Source of the DNA: a virus
Length of the DNA stretch: 64,000 nt
Virus record (IMG/VR): IMGVR_UViG_3300022744_000001
Span: 258,022 to 322,021 of that record
Direction: 5' to 3' (one strand)
The notes under the pieces were generated by a model. It made no database searches. It was not told the DNA's origin and saw only the letters and a list, made by a program, of their open reading frames with translations. The position numbers were made by a program, and so were the translations under genes. Positions 25,201-34,916 of this stretch are shown here, in pieces. Within the stretch, counting starts at the first letter, position 1. Every line of letters begins with the position of its first letter.

Positions 25201-28200
25201 TTGTTGAAGCTCCCGGAGAGGCCCCACTTCTCAAGGTCCACGGCGCAGTAGAAGTTGTCACCCCAAGCGATCGCCATGTAAGGCGCTTCGGACGGGGTTT
25301 GAACGGAGGTACCACGCTTCGGGGCGCCTACGCAGATGCCCTGGAAGCTGAGGTTCGCCGACAACCGATAGCCCTCTACCAGGTCGTTCCACTGGTTCGT
25401 GGTCAACCCAGAGATCGCATCGGTCACCACCGACCCGAACATATTGCGGTTCAGGACTTCCTGCTTGCGGTCGTAGATGGTGGACCCGCTCGAGTCCGAG
25501 TTCAAAGCATGAGTCGTGTAGGCGGTAGAGACGATCATCTCCCCGTCCACGGACACACGGAACCCAGGGGTCTTGAAACCCTTGGTCGTAGACGCGCCAC
25601 CGGAGAAAGCGCCGTCCGCAACCTGGTACTCAATCACCGAGCCAGAGATTGCGCCCGTGGGGGCTGCACTGAGGCGCACCACGTGCTCACTGAACACGCT
25701 CGAGATGCTGACCGTGTTCCCGTTGTTGGGGAAATAGATTCGCGTCCCAGAGTCCACCGTGATAGGCAGGAAGGCTCGAGTGGTCGCCGAGACCGACCCC
25801 ACACCGTCTTGCCCGAAGAGCATGTTCGGATCGATGAGGTAGTGGCTACCACTGAAGAAGAAATACGCCCCCGAGTAGGAGTGGTATGAGCAAGGGGTCG
25901 GGCTCACAACCACCCAGTCCTGACCGTTCCATGTGATGTCAGGAATCAACGAGGGGTACTCGTTGTAAACCGAGGAGCACTCCATGAAGTAGAGCAGCGG
26001 GGCGACCTCGTTGTAAGGGCGCCACGTGTTCGACTGCACGTTGCGATAGGGAACCATCGGGTCGCGACTACCCATAGAGCGCTCAAGCGTGTCGCGGTCC
26101 TGTGGGGTGAGAACGACCGTGCCGGTGTTCGGCGTGTAGTAAATGTCGAGGATGTTGAAGCTCGTACCGAGATGCTCACGGTAGGGCCACGGGTTCATGG
26201 ACCCGTGCGGGAAATCGAGGTAGGCGATGTTGAACCCGTTGTCCCAGTTCTCGACGTTCGAATTGCGGTGAGCCGCAGTCGTGTCGAAGTTCTGGTAAAC
26301 CGCCAACACCTTGCCGTTCGGGCCCTTGCTCAGGCGCACGAAGTCCGGCTCACGCTCCTGGTCGTAGTAAACCGAAGCGTCCGGTCGGAAGTTGGTCGTA
26401 TTGGCGTGGCCTGCAACAACTTTGGACGTCGTAGACGCACCGGTACCGCCATTGACAGTGCACGCCATGACCCAGCATAGCGGCGCAATGGCATAGGTGT
26501 AGCTCCCATTCGGGGGCACCGTCCCGTCGTCATAAACGACGGTCAGGTTGGCCGCACTTGAATCTATCACCACACCGTTCTTGCCGTTGGTTAGATCCAA
26601 GAAACGGCTGCCAATACGAACAGAAAGGCCAAGGGTGTCGCCGGTCCAGTTCGTAACTGCGGGGTCAGTCAATACCCCAGAGGCAATTGTAGCCCCAGAA
26701 CCCGTGACGATCTTATGCCGACGCACCGAGTAGGCGACAACGAACTCGTCATTGACCCCGGACCAAGCCACATCAGTAGACCCGATCAAAGACCGAACGA
26801 TAGAAGGGCTGGCGTTGTTCGGTGAGTTGGTCGTACGCTGCAAAGCCAGACTGACTGAACCAAACGAGAGATTGAGAGTGTAGACGTAGAGGTTCGGGGA
26901 AACCACGCCCCCCGCAAAGTTCACCGTTGCAATGACCGCGTAGTTGCCGTTGACCGCCACCGAAGGCGTAGTGGTCATGCCGTTGCCGGTGTTGGACACG
27001 GTATCGGTAAAACGAACCGAATACTGAGCGGTCTGAGTGTTGTACCCCAGAGACACATAACGAGTCACCGGGTACCCTGCCCCAGGGGTGGCATCCTCTA
27101 CCCAAACAACAACGTAGCCGCCGTGGTTCTCATCGAACGCAGCTCGAGGGTAGTGACCCGTCGTGTGGTGGGCAGACTGCAACCCCACCGAAGCTCGGGT
27201 AAAGAGGGGGAACGAAGTCCCTGTCATGGCCTTGAGGTCGATGCCCTTGTACGCGTTGTCGCTGTAGACCATCGAGCCGTCAGGACGCAACTCGTTGAAG
27301 TACACGATGTCGGCAGTCTCATCCGCAACGAAGATAGCCCAGACCCTGCGAATCGGATTCCAAACCACCTCATACCCTTCGACGGTATTCGAGGTGTTGG
27401 TGCCATTTGCGTACTGCCAGGTGTTGGGGATCGTCGTGGTTCCATTCCAAGTGGGGTCGTAAACACCCCATGGAGTGTTCGCGCCAAACTTGAACGCCCC
27501 AGAGGTCGTCCCCTTGACCTTGGTAGCCGCCCCCTCGCCCTCCACAGTCACTCCGGGAGGAACATAAACTGGGCTGTTCGCGATGAACCGGAACTCGCCG
27601 CGCTTGAGGTGCACAACGCCATTGCCGGTGAACGAAGCCGCTAACAGCGCGTCATTCAAATGAGCATAGGAGTCCACCCAAGTCTCAGTGGAAACGCTCC
27701 CTTGCACGGACAGGTAGTTGAAGTCTGCGGCCAACTCCCGCGGATTGTTCGAGGTGGAGACCGTGATCGACGTTTTCTCTTGGATGGGGGCTTTGGAGAA
27801 CTCGTTGCCGAACCGGTTGTCCCCGAAACTCACCATCTGCACCGCGTTTGTGCCACGGTAGATGCTGTAGTTGCCGCTCGGGTCCCAACCATCAACGAAA
27901 TCGTCGAGGTAGACCGTCGTCCCATCACTGGAGATGTCTACAACCAACCAAGTCAAACCGTTGCTGACAACCAAGTCGCCACGGCGCACACCCAGGTTCT
28001 TGTAGTTCAGGGTGCCTTCGTTGAAGTTGGTTGTCCCGTTGTCCGGAGCAGCGTTTCCGCTGTAAACCAACGTGCGGCCAATACGAATGCCGCGGAACGA
28101 GTCAGGCGACTCGAGGTTGATCTGACCGCCGAAATCCGTGTTTGTCGAGCCAGTGTTGGCCCGAACCATGAAATCATTGCCGTCGGTCGTGGCCCCAAGT

Positions 28201-29378
28201 ACCCACCCCGTCCCGTTGTAATGAACCTTCGCGGGGGTGAGGGTGCTGAACTCCGTGCTGTTCGGGACAAACAAACTGTCCGCACTGCGAGCGGTCAGGC
28301 TTTGGTCCACCGCGAAGAACACGGCGTAGAGCTGGAGTCGCCCAGTCGTAGTGCTCACGCCACCGTTGCCGCCGCTCGGCTTGATGTCATCGCCAGCTCG
28401 AGGAGCGACCGAGAAGCGGACGATGCCCGCCTTGTAGTCGATCGTCATGCGCTGGTCAGCCGCCGGGATCGTGCTGTCAATGACCGGGTTCAGAGTCGCA
28501 ATCGGCGAGGTGAGATCAGGTGCAGTGCCGCTCGCGTTGCTCTTGTAGAGCACAACGCGGTAGCCAAGGTGGTCGAGCGCAAGACGGGGCCCAGACGTGT
28601 TCGGAGGGCCGAATACGGCATCCGCACGGTCCACAGAAGAGTCCGCCCCAAAGAGCGGCGGGACGAGGTTGCGGACGCGGTCAGCGTTGATGGCATTGAG
28701 GGTGGGGCCCGCCTGCGTATGCAACGTCGAGCCGGGGACCACCATCATGAACGACTGCTCACGCCCCAGAGGGCCGGAGCCCGGGACCGCAAACAGCTGG
28801 ACCACATTGGGTCGGATGATTGTGTAGGGGTACCCCAGGGCATCCATGGTCAAAGCCGAGGATGCGTTGTTGACTCCAAGGGAGTTGGCCGCCACCGAAG
28901 TAATCGAAGCGACCTTGTACTCGTTCGCCCCCGAGCCACTGGGTCGATTGCGGATGATCAGGTAGTCCCCAACCTGAACCCCCGCCGCCACCATGTCTAC
29001 GGAGGTCCCCCACGTGATGCCGCCAGGAGAGGTAACTGCCCCATCTTCGGTTGTGACGTTGACAACCGTGCTAGGGCCGTACCACTGAACGGTCTCCGAA
29101 GGAACGTTATCCCTAGCGATCTGCGTAATGGTCAGAAGCCCAGTACCAGGGTAGACCGGGGGACGAATCGAATAGATGTCCCCCAAGTCGATGGTCGGCG
29201 CCGTGCTGTACGGCTCCGCATTGATCGACCCCACCCCCACCACGCCCTCCGGAGACAACCCGGAGTCGCCCACCGTGAGAGCCTTGCCGCCCGCAAAGAA
29301 ATCTGACTTGCGAAGCTGTTCCAGCTCCAAACGAGTCAGATTCGAGTAGGTACCTGTTGCGGAGTATGAGCCTGCCAT
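22245..29378 (-). CDS. giant virion protein (2377 aa), beta-rich; fibre, spike, decoration or injected-protein candidate; not a tape measure
   Basis: A single uninterrupted 7.1-kb ORF with Ser/Thr/Gly/Asn/Val-rich composition and no long Ala/Glu/Lys helical segments. All overlapping antisense ORFs are Arg-rich artefacts. Confidence 0.85.
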   Translation of the reverse strand: MAGSYSATGTYSNLTRLELEQLRKSDFFAGGKALTVGDSGLSPEGVVGVGSINAEPYSTAPTIDLGDIYSIRPPVYPGTGLLTITQIARDNVPSETVQWYGPSTVVNVTTEDGAVTSPGGITWGTSVDMVAAGVQVGDYLIIRNRPSGSGANEYKVASITSVAANSLGVNNASSALTMDALGYPYTIIRPNVVQLFAVPGSGPLGREQSFMMVVPGSTLHTQAGPTLNAINADRVRNLVPPLFGADSSVDRADAVFGPPNTSGPRLALDHLGYRVVLYKSNASGTAPDLTSPIATLNPVIDSTIPAADQRMTIDYKAGIVRFSVAPRAGDDIKPSGGNGGVSTTTGRLQLYAVFFAVDQSLTARSADSLFVPNSTEFSTLTPAKVHYNGTGWVLGATTDGNDFMVRANTGSTNTDFGGQINLESPDSFRGIRIGRTLVYSGNAAPDNGTTNFNEGTLNYKNLGVRRGDLVVSNGLTWLVVDISSDGTTVYLDDFVDGWDPSGNYSIYRGTNAVQMVSFGDNRFGNEFSKAPIQEKTSITVSTSNNPRELAADFNYLSVQGSVSTETWVDSYAHLNDALLAASFTGNGVVHLKRGEFRFIANSPVYVPPGVTVEGEGAATKVKGTTSGAFKFGANTPWGVYDPTWNGTTTIPNTWQYANGTNTSNTVEGYEVVWNPIRRVWAIFVADETADIVYFNELRPDGSMVYSDNAYKGIDLKAMTGTSFPLFTRASVGLQSAHHTTGHYPRAAFDENHGGYVVVWVEDATPGAGYPVTRYVSLGYNTQTAQYSVRFTDTVSNTGNGMTTTPSVAVNGNYAVIATVNFAGGVVSPNLYVYTLNLSFGSVSLALQRTTNSPNNASPSIVRSLIGSTDVAWSGVNDEFVVAYSVRRHKIVTGSGATIASGVLTDPAVTNWTGDTLGLSVRIGSRFLDLTNGKNGVVIDSSAANLTVVYDDGTVPPNGSYTYAIAPLCWVMACTVNGGTGASTTSKVVAGHANTTNFRPDASVYYDQEREPDFVRLSKGPNGKVLAVYQNFDTTAAHRNSNVENWDNGFNIAYLDFPHGSMNPWPYREHLGTSFNILDIYYTPNTGTVVLTPQDRDTLERSMGSRDPMVPYRNVQSNTWRPYNEVAPLLYFMECSSVYNEYPSLIPDITWNGQDWVVVSPTPCSYHSYSGAYFFFSGSHYLIDPNMLFGQDGVGSVSATTRAFLPITVDSGTRIYFPNNGNTVSISSVFSEHVVRLSAAPTGAISGSVIEYQVADGAFSGGASTTKGFKTPGFRVSVDGEMIVSTAYTTHALNSDSSGSTIYDRKQEVLNRNMFGSVVTDAISGLTTNQWNDLVEGYRLSANLSFQGICVGAPKRGTSVQTPSEAPYMAIAWGDNFYCAVDLEKWGLSGSFNKQLRAFRQTFGPWKSGLKSLTLESGASVTNFAEKTRKHVLTRHGGIGASSNFFDTDGFRNAFIHWGVQSFYINHGPNPYAGSGGDPLYSQVDSPDPRFVDSWFTSVCAVFTDAEGRNPIRKRLRVQNGLMPRGSRFQNGGAGVGFSDYSHPAHTGRVVWTGSQFLGVIAAENRLYFFDLGVDDRTEGEELTGVRAKTYNFNQYQNDWINLVGYADLDFGIGGPTVVKPDGSQVVLNNPQVQDALTFEVCWSGEKLAVAWRVGGVPRVNANLNSGCTLGITILNSTRPIGLVSSSYLNEPLNVNVSTYVLSHLTTAYQISSPRILWDGTQFVVASKYGPYLSMYRIPKDGFRSNVNIANAAAFNSSGINGGGNLGTISSDGKLTASGNLLAKRGDLVQIVRTAPPSGTVFGDPQFSNMNGVYKVVAVNGATNQIQLSADLSADSTSIGYTVYGMILAGEGALPVLDTSLAFFNPSGTLKQQSVLVRPAGSLDTTISAISDDNILGFFYLESRGDFVIFTANSADLGTIAHAHVVTPNWTLRKTVTFDFSSEATPYNIASISFNGSHFAMVRMSKVNNISGSYAALVNFIDLNLSVVHEVTLSNPIGSGNSSSFYGSKPGVGYGSINSASTSQYVARAAHAKWNPVSAQWTISVAFQVADELSTLLSTEAESISQTLVDLDSLSSWTTAGSAGRVLSFSALTTPIQTGVRYLTYLENNRITSAGSLPTNNTDSTPPSGNRSYMLTSSDSRWPSGYLDGMVISALTTVGELYSSVQRDDIVKIDYVGSVGSTTGYYRASSGSSVVTAPATQHCFLKGSISPVPTGNTTVSIKHGTYTNEFIFHVVDGDVSAPKAITISTDQSEVSVAVPTSHRFHAVPREDVFVWTIGHNAHPVLVDSADQVFVEDVDFEGFSDISLRMRHMSRPYWQISGAIVGMPNETVGNTILPAPKANHIHPTPAGKVNLLRITNVRSGVPGRYGQKPLKGENK

Positions 29379-29410
29379 TTGATTTCCCGTTCAGGTAGAA
29401 GAAGCCGTCG

Positions 29411-31540
29411 TCAGGGAGTCCATTCAACTTCGGTGACGCTTAGGTTCTGCCCTACTCCGTTTTTGATAAATGAAATTCTGACGAAAATCAGGAATTTCCC
29501 GGAGCCGTTGTTCGAAGTGAAAGAACCCGTGTCGTAAGCGTAGACGTCCCCAGAAATTCCGGTGCGGCATCCACGGAAGTCCGAACTCTTGTTCAGATCC
29601 GGCACACCATTCGCGCGACCAAGGTCAAGCCAGCCGGTCGCCCCGGGCACCTTGATCTGCACGATGGCTCCGCCAGGGTGGTCGGTGATTTCGTTGAGGT
29701 CGATGGCCGCATTGCCTGCGTCAAAAGCCGAGAAGGCCAACCCCGTGATACGAAGGTGTCCGGTGTTGCGCGCGATGCCCGTGTCGAAAGCACGGACCCA
29801 GCGACGCTTTGTGCTCGAGGCGTCCCCAGAAAGCACCGTGGCATAGTTTCGACCCGCATTTGCAGGGTAGATACTGGCCGCGGTGAAGTCGATGCTCGGG
29901 TAAACCAAGCGACCGCTGAGGACCTGCAACTCGTTCGAGGGGATCGAGACCGACGAGTTGAACGCGTTGCCGCCCGCCGGAAGGATGGGAGTAGTCGCCG
30001 ACGAAGCCGCGAACGTGTTGACGTGGCGATAGGTCTCGGACGTGAACGAGTCCAACGTGTCCGAGGCAACCCCAGTGAACTGGGTGTTGTAGAGATACTG
30101 CTCCGTGCTGACCGCATCGACGTTGGCTGCGAAAGCCCCGCGCCAACGAACCCTGACTTGAGCGAAGGGGTAGGTCGGAGCCGCACTCCCCGTCGCCACC
30201 GGGTGAGTCGAGTGCTGGAAACGAGCCACTGAGGTGAGTCCAGCTGGATTGACCAACGTGTAGGGCAACCCGCTGCTGTTATGGACGATGTGATTCCCAG
30301 AGTCGTCGTAAAGCTGGTACCCCGTTGTGCCTCCACTACCAAAATCGCCCATGAGAACTGCAACTGGAGTTCCGGCCGACTCGTACCCGACCGGTACGCT
30401 CGCTGAAGCCACGGTATTGGTGAGGTACGAATTCTCGAACAGGCTGCTGACCGTCGAGAGGATATTGATTTGCAGGTTGAACGAGTTGTAGTAGGCGATG
30501 CCGGACAGGTTTGAGGTGGTCAGCGTACCTGTGGGGCTCGTCGTGATCGTGGCGCCACTCGGGGGCGTCCCGCTCAAAGCGTCCACGAAAACGTTCAAGC
30601 GGTTGACGTTGTCGTAGTTCGTGCTGTCGGCAGGAGCCGCGCTGTAGCAGTTGGCCGCCACGAAAGTCAGCGCCGTGAGCGAGGCTGGCTGAATAGACGC
30701 CAGCGTGGTCGCGTAGGTCTCCTTCCAGTGCACCAGCAGGAACGAGCCGCTGTCGCCGCTCACCAGCGTCACGGACGTGCTGTACTTGGCAAGCTGATAG
30801 GCACTGAAATTCGTGCTGAAAGGGGTGTATTCGCTGCCAGGGTACGAGCTTGCATAGGGCAGACGATCGATGAGGCTGATCTTGTCCAGACCCGTATTGC
30901 TCGCCGTGTAATCGGTCTGGCCCGATGTCCGAGTAGCCTCAATGAAGGCCGACCCAGGAAGACCCGCCGGTGCGGGGTTAGGGCCAAGCCACAAGGCCGC
31001 CATCAACGTGGTCTGTCCCGCGTTGAAGAAATCCCCGTTCGTGGTTGAGTAAAGAGCGAGGACGCCGCGGTCAGCAGGGTAAATGGTGCCGCTGATGGTC
31101 TGAGTCCCTGCACTTGCCACAGGGGTCAGGTACTTCGTCACGATACCCACGCCAGACTTCGTGAAACCACCCTGAATGGCGGAAGAGCCCACCGTCATGG
31201 CGTTGCTCCACGACGGGAGACCAGAGTTCGGCACCGACCCATTGTTGAAGCCGATACGGTCAGGCTTGACGGGCAAAAGGTCTGAGAGCGTCGAGAGGGC
31301 GTCCATAACCGATTCCCCGTCATAGGGACCACCGGCCGAGGAGAGGAGCGGTTGGCCCGTTGTCGGGTTCACCGGGGGCATCCCAATGGACCCCGCCATG
31401 TGAGCGTCAACAGGGTCGCTGATGTGCGCCGAAAGTTCGCCACCCCCAAGAGGGAAAGCCAACGCCGAGGCCGGAACCTGCCCCGCGGCAAGCTTGCCTG
31501 GGCCGGGCTGAACTACGCTAGGGTTCTTGGACGAGGGCAT
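29411..31540 (-). CDS. virion structural protein (709 aa)
   Basis: A long ORF with beta-rich composition that directly follows the P2 paralog. Confidence 0.75.
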   Translation of the reverse strand: MPSSKNPSVVQPGPGKLAAGQVPASALAFPLGGGELSAHISDPVDAHMAGSIGMPPVNPTTGQPLLSSAGGPYDGESVMDALSTLSDLLPVKPDRIGFNNGSVPNSGLPSWSNAMTVGSSAIQGGFTKSGVGIVTKYLTPVASAGTQTISGTIYPADRGVLALYSTTNGDFFNAGQTTLMAALWLGPNPAPAGLPGSAFIEATRTSGQTDYTASNTGLDKISLIDRLPYASSYPGSEYTPFSTNFSAYQLAKYSTSVTLVSGDSGSFLLVHWKETYATTLASIQPASLTALTFVAANCYSAAPADSTNYDNVNRLNVFVDALSGTPPSGATITTSPTGTLTTSNLSGIAYYNSFNLQINILSTVSSLFENSYLTNTVASASVPVGYESAGTPVAVLMGDFGSGGTTGYQLYDDSGNHIVHNSSGLPYTLVNPAGLTSVARFQHSTHPVATGSAAPTYPFAQVRVRWRGAFAANVDAVSTEQYLYNTQFTGVASDTLDSFTSETYRHVNTFAASSATTPILPAGGNAFNSSVSIPSNELQVLSGRLVYPSIDFTAASIYPANAGRNYATVLSGDASSTKRRWVRAFDTGIARNTGHLRITGLAFSAFDAGNAAIDLNEITDHPGGAIVQIKVPGATGWLDLGRANGVPDLNKSSDFRGCRTGISGDVYAYDTGSFTSNNGSGKFLIFVRISFIKNGVGQNLSVTEVEWTP

Positions 31541-31542
31541 CT

Positions 31543-34146
31543 TCAGCTTCTCCGGTTGAGCAGGTTCCCAGCAACACGGAACACAGCCGCGACAGTTGTG
31601 TTGTTGGAGTTCAAGAACTTCACCGAGTTCTCAGCGTCGAAACTCGCCCAACGAATGAGCAGGACAAGATAAAGGGCACCCTTGGGCCCCAGAGTCGTGT
31701 CCGCAGTGCTCTCCATGAGCGTCGGGAGAACGACCTTGTGCACACGGTCGTCCGACAGATTTTGCCCGAAGGCGTTCGGGTTGTACCCCGCAGCCGCATT
31801 GGGGAAATAGGTGCGACCTTCAATGTCGATGTCCGAAGGGGACCGTGTGAAGGTGACTCCTTCCGGGTTCGGCACGTAGGGGATGTACGCCGGGACTTTG
31901 AGGAAACCCGTTGAGGCGTTGAACTCCGCAACGTAGATCTCCGGTGCGCCGTCCAGCTCGTGCTCACCAGACCAGGTGCCGCCATTCTTGATGATGCCGC
32001 CGGTTTGAACATATGCGAGAGGGTAAGGGTACCCTTCGCCCTGGGACGCCGACCCCGTTGTGATCGTGTAGAGGGAGGGGGAGATCCAGCGCGGCACGAA
32101 TGTGATGCTCGTCCCCAACACACTCGAGTGCACCGTTTGAGGCGCTCGAGTGCGGTAGTAGACGGTCATCTGGAAACCCGTCTGAGGATAGGGCCGCACA
32201 GCTTGGTACGTGACGCTGATGGTGGACCCAATGGCCGCAGCACTGACCAAGTTCAAATCACGGCCAGAAGAATCCACCGATGCTGGGGCTGGGTTGCCGT
32301 TCACCGTCACACCGACCAAGGTTTTCACACGTTCAGGCATGAGGTGGTGCCGAGCCGTGTGGGTCGAGTTGGAGATGAAGGAGTAGGTCAGATTGCCCGT
32401 CAGATACTGCATCTGAGCTTCACGATGAGTAGCATCGATAGCAAGCGTATCTGCACTGGCGAACGACACCGGAGCGGTATTGGGCAGAGCCCCAGGGTTG
32501 TTACCCGAAAAGCTCGCATTGCCGAAATCATCAGATGGGGTTTTGGCCAAACCACATCCAGGCGGGTACGCGATCAAAAGGTCCACATACATGGGCTCGG
32601 TCGTAAACCCTGACACCGGGGCAGCGCCAAGAGTGATCACGATGTTGCCAGGGGGGTAACTTCCAATCCCCGTGATGCTCTCAACCGGCCAGGGGGTCGT
32701 GGTCGTGGTGACATACAACATGCCGACTTCAGCGCTCTTCTGGCCAGCAGACGCGCCCTGCACCCATACCCGAGTCACATCAACGATGCGCGTACCACTC
32801 GGGGCTCGGCTCAAGAACCCAATCGCACCCGAGTAGGGGTACTGGGCGATCACCGAGGGGTTGATCGTAACCTGGGTGCCCGTCTGCCATGTCGAGGTGG
32901 AGACGTTCGGGTCACCAGGGGAGATGGTGAAGGTCATGACCTCGTAGATGGGCCGGTCGGAGAAGAACCGTCGAGTGCAGTCGAACTGCCCCAGGAACTC
33001 CGCCCCAGGCGTGTCCCCCGTAACGACGCCATCCCCAGGAAGCACGCCGATCTCGTCCGCCCAAAGGGGGGAGTGGCCGTTGACCCCGCCGCCAATGGGC
33101 GTCGTCGTCCACTCGGTCTTCAGGTTGTTATCGAGCAGGTACCCGAAGTTCTTCTCAGCGATCTCCTGGTAGGAAGACCACCCGGTGAGAGAGACCGCGC
33201 GACGAAGATCGGCAACGTCCTGAATCTGAAACACGTCCGCGTAGAAACCGTCAGGACGGGTAGTTGAGGGGTAGTTGCCGCCGCCGTTGTGGTTGGTATT
33301 GCGGTCGAACGCCGTCGAATTGCGGCGGAAGATCGCCACCAGCGGAATGGCGTACATATACCCGTCCACCGTGCCCAAGGCATTGGAGGGGTCGCCATCA
33401 CCAGCACGCCAAAGGCCGGGGTCACCGTTCGCACTCTGGTTCACGTACACGAACGAGGAAAGGTTCCCGTCTGGAGTCGTAGGCGTCGGAGGCACCGTGT
33501 TGGCCACCACTGCTGGGTCGTCAATGCCCGCAGGGTAGGTGAAAACGTCCACCCCATGAACGGCACGAAGTCGGTACTGGATCTGGACACGCTTGGTCGT
33601 CTCAGTTCCCACTGTGCCGTCCAAGATGTCGTCGTCGTAGTTCAACCCTAAACCCGTCGGTACCTTGACGTTACCGTTGCGCCAGATTTTCCCACCCGCA
33701 GTCTTGCCATCCGTTGAGGGGGCCGCGGAAAGCAGCTTGCGCCATACCTCGAGCACGAGAAGATCAGTACGCTTTGCTCCCGCCCCGGTAGGGGGTGCAT
33801 TGAACGTAACCCGATTCGAGGAAGCATGGTTCGTGCACTGCACGTCGATGATCCAGCCATTCACCAGAGCCCGAAGGTTGTTCGAGAGGATGAGCTGGTT
33901 CGCCGTCGTGGTGCTGGTGAAAATCGGGTCGATGGAGTCGCTGTTGTTCAGCGGGTCATCCGTAAACCACCCAGAGGCGCATGCCTTCCTGGCTAGCTCG
34001 AGCCCAAATAGTGAAGCGACCTCGTCCGACAGGTTGAGGTCTTTGTCGAGAACGGGTTTGCCAGCCTGGTAGACAGCTTGCTCAAACGCCCTTCCGGTTG
34101 GGTCGAGGTAGCCGCTAACTGCCCCTCCAAAGTTCTTCTGGCCCAT
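31543..34146 (-). CDS. virion structural protein P2 (867 aa), N-terminal paralog of P1
   Basis: See the evidence for P1. The C-terminal regions of P1 and P2 are unrelated. Confidence 0.8.
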   Translation of the reverse strand: MGQKNFGGAVSGYLDPTGRAFEQAVYQAGKPVLDKDLNLSDEVASLFGLELARKACASGWFTDDPLNNSDSIDPIFTSTTTANQLILSNNLRALVNGWIIDVQCTNHASSNRVTFNAPPTGAGAKRTDLLVLEVWRKLLSAAPSTDGKTAGGKIWRNGNVKVPTGLGLNYDDDILDGTVGTETTKRVQIQYRLRAVHGVDVFTYPAGIDDPAVVANTVPPTPTTPDGNLSSFVYVNQSANGDPGLWRAGDGDPSNALGTVDGYMYAIPLVAIFRRNSTAFDRNTNHNGGGNYPSTTRPDGFYADVFQIQDVADLRRAVSLTGWSSYQEIAEKNFGYLLDNNLKTEWTTTPIGGGVNGHSPLWADEIGVLPGDGVVTGDTPGAEFLGQFDCTRRFFSDRPIYEVMTFTISPGDPNVSTSTWQTGTQVTINPSVIAQYPYSGAIGFLSRAPSGTRIVDVTRVWVQGASAGQKSAEVGMLYVTTTTTPWPVESITGIGSYPPGNIVITLGAAPVSGFTTEPMYVDLLIAYPPGCGLAKTPSDDFGNASFSGNNPGALPNTAPVSFASADTLAIDATHREAQMQYLTGNLTYSFISNSTHTARHHLMPERVKTLVGVTVNGNPAPASVDSSGRDLNLVSAAAIGSTISVTYQAVRPYPQTGFQMTVYYRTRAPQTVHSSVLGTSITFVPRWISPSLYTITTGSASQGEGYPYPLAYVQTGGIIKNGGTWSGEHELDGAPEIYVAEFNASTGFLKVPAYIPYVPNPEGVTFTRSPSDIDIEGRTYFPNAAAGYNPNAFGQNLSDDRVHKVVLPTLMESTADTTLGPKGALYLVLLIRWASFDAENSVKFLNSNNTTVAAVFRVAGNLLNRRS

Positions 34147-34199
34147 CAGTGGATCTCCCCGATTGTTGCGAATCTCAAGCCATTACGCACGGACCCACC

Positions 34200-34844
34200 T
34201 CAGAAGGTTAGACGCCAAGTGATTTCCAACGTACTGGTGGCTGGCTTCGAGATCACGTTGAACGTGAGGTAGTTGATCAACGTCTCTTTGGTGGTGAGAT
34301 CCACCAGAGTGTTGTATGAGCCGTTGGGGGGCGTAACCGGGTTGCGCACGGAAAGGTTCGTAGAGATGTTGCCGCCGATGAGCCCCATCTCGACCAGCGG
34401 GCCCACGGCCTCTGATTCAGTGAACACCGTGGTGAAGTCCACGACGTTCGTCGGGATGCTCGTCGGGATGCCATCACCATCAATGAACTGAGTTGTCGAG
34501 AACGTCTTGCGGGTAAGCTCCGAGTAGAGCGCTCGTTGCGTGTTGGTCGGAGCGGGCGGAGACAGAGGGTTCCAGCCAACATCGCCGGTACCTACAGCCA
34601 ACACGAAAGCGCCCTTGGACGGCTCGGAGTTGTCCTTGACAAGGCGAGCAATCAGAATCGAAGCGTCTTTGACAATGAGGTTGCGCTTCTCCCAGCGCTG
34701 AGTTTCCCCACTTCGCACATCCTGCATCTTGAAGAAAACGTCGCCCCGAATTGCATAGGGGACCCTCTCTTCATACCGAGGCTTGAAGGCGCCGAAGAAC
34801 GCATTTGCGACGCGGGAAAAAACTTCACTCTTCCTCATATTCAT
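34200..34844 (-). CDS. virion structural protein (214 aa), possible tail or baseplate component
   Basis: A 214-aa ORF with beta-rich composition that ends …LEITWRLTF. No family could be assigned. Confidence 0.6.
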   Translation of the reverse strand: MNMRKSEVFSRVANAFFGAFKPRYEERVPYAIRGDVFFKMQDVRSGETQRWEKRNLIVKDASILIARLVKDNSEPSKGAFVLAVGTGDVGWNPLSPPAPTNTQRALYSELTRKTFSTTQFIDGDGIPTSIPTNVVDFTTVFTESEAVGPLVEMGLIGGNISTNLSVRNPVTPPNGSYNTLVDLTTKETLINYLTFNVISKPATSTLEITWRLTF

Positions 34845-34916
34845 CTGCTCCAGGTCCGGTCCGTGGAGGCCCGGACAAAGCCGAGCTTCAACGTGCCCGA
34901 GTCATAAGAGAAAACT

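Noticed and set aside
22245-29378. Tape-measure protein assignment for the giant ORFs
   Set aside because: Tape measures are long alpha-helical Ala/Glu/Lys/Gln-rich proteins. These ORFs are Ser/Thr/Gly/Asn/Val-rich with beta-type periodicity.
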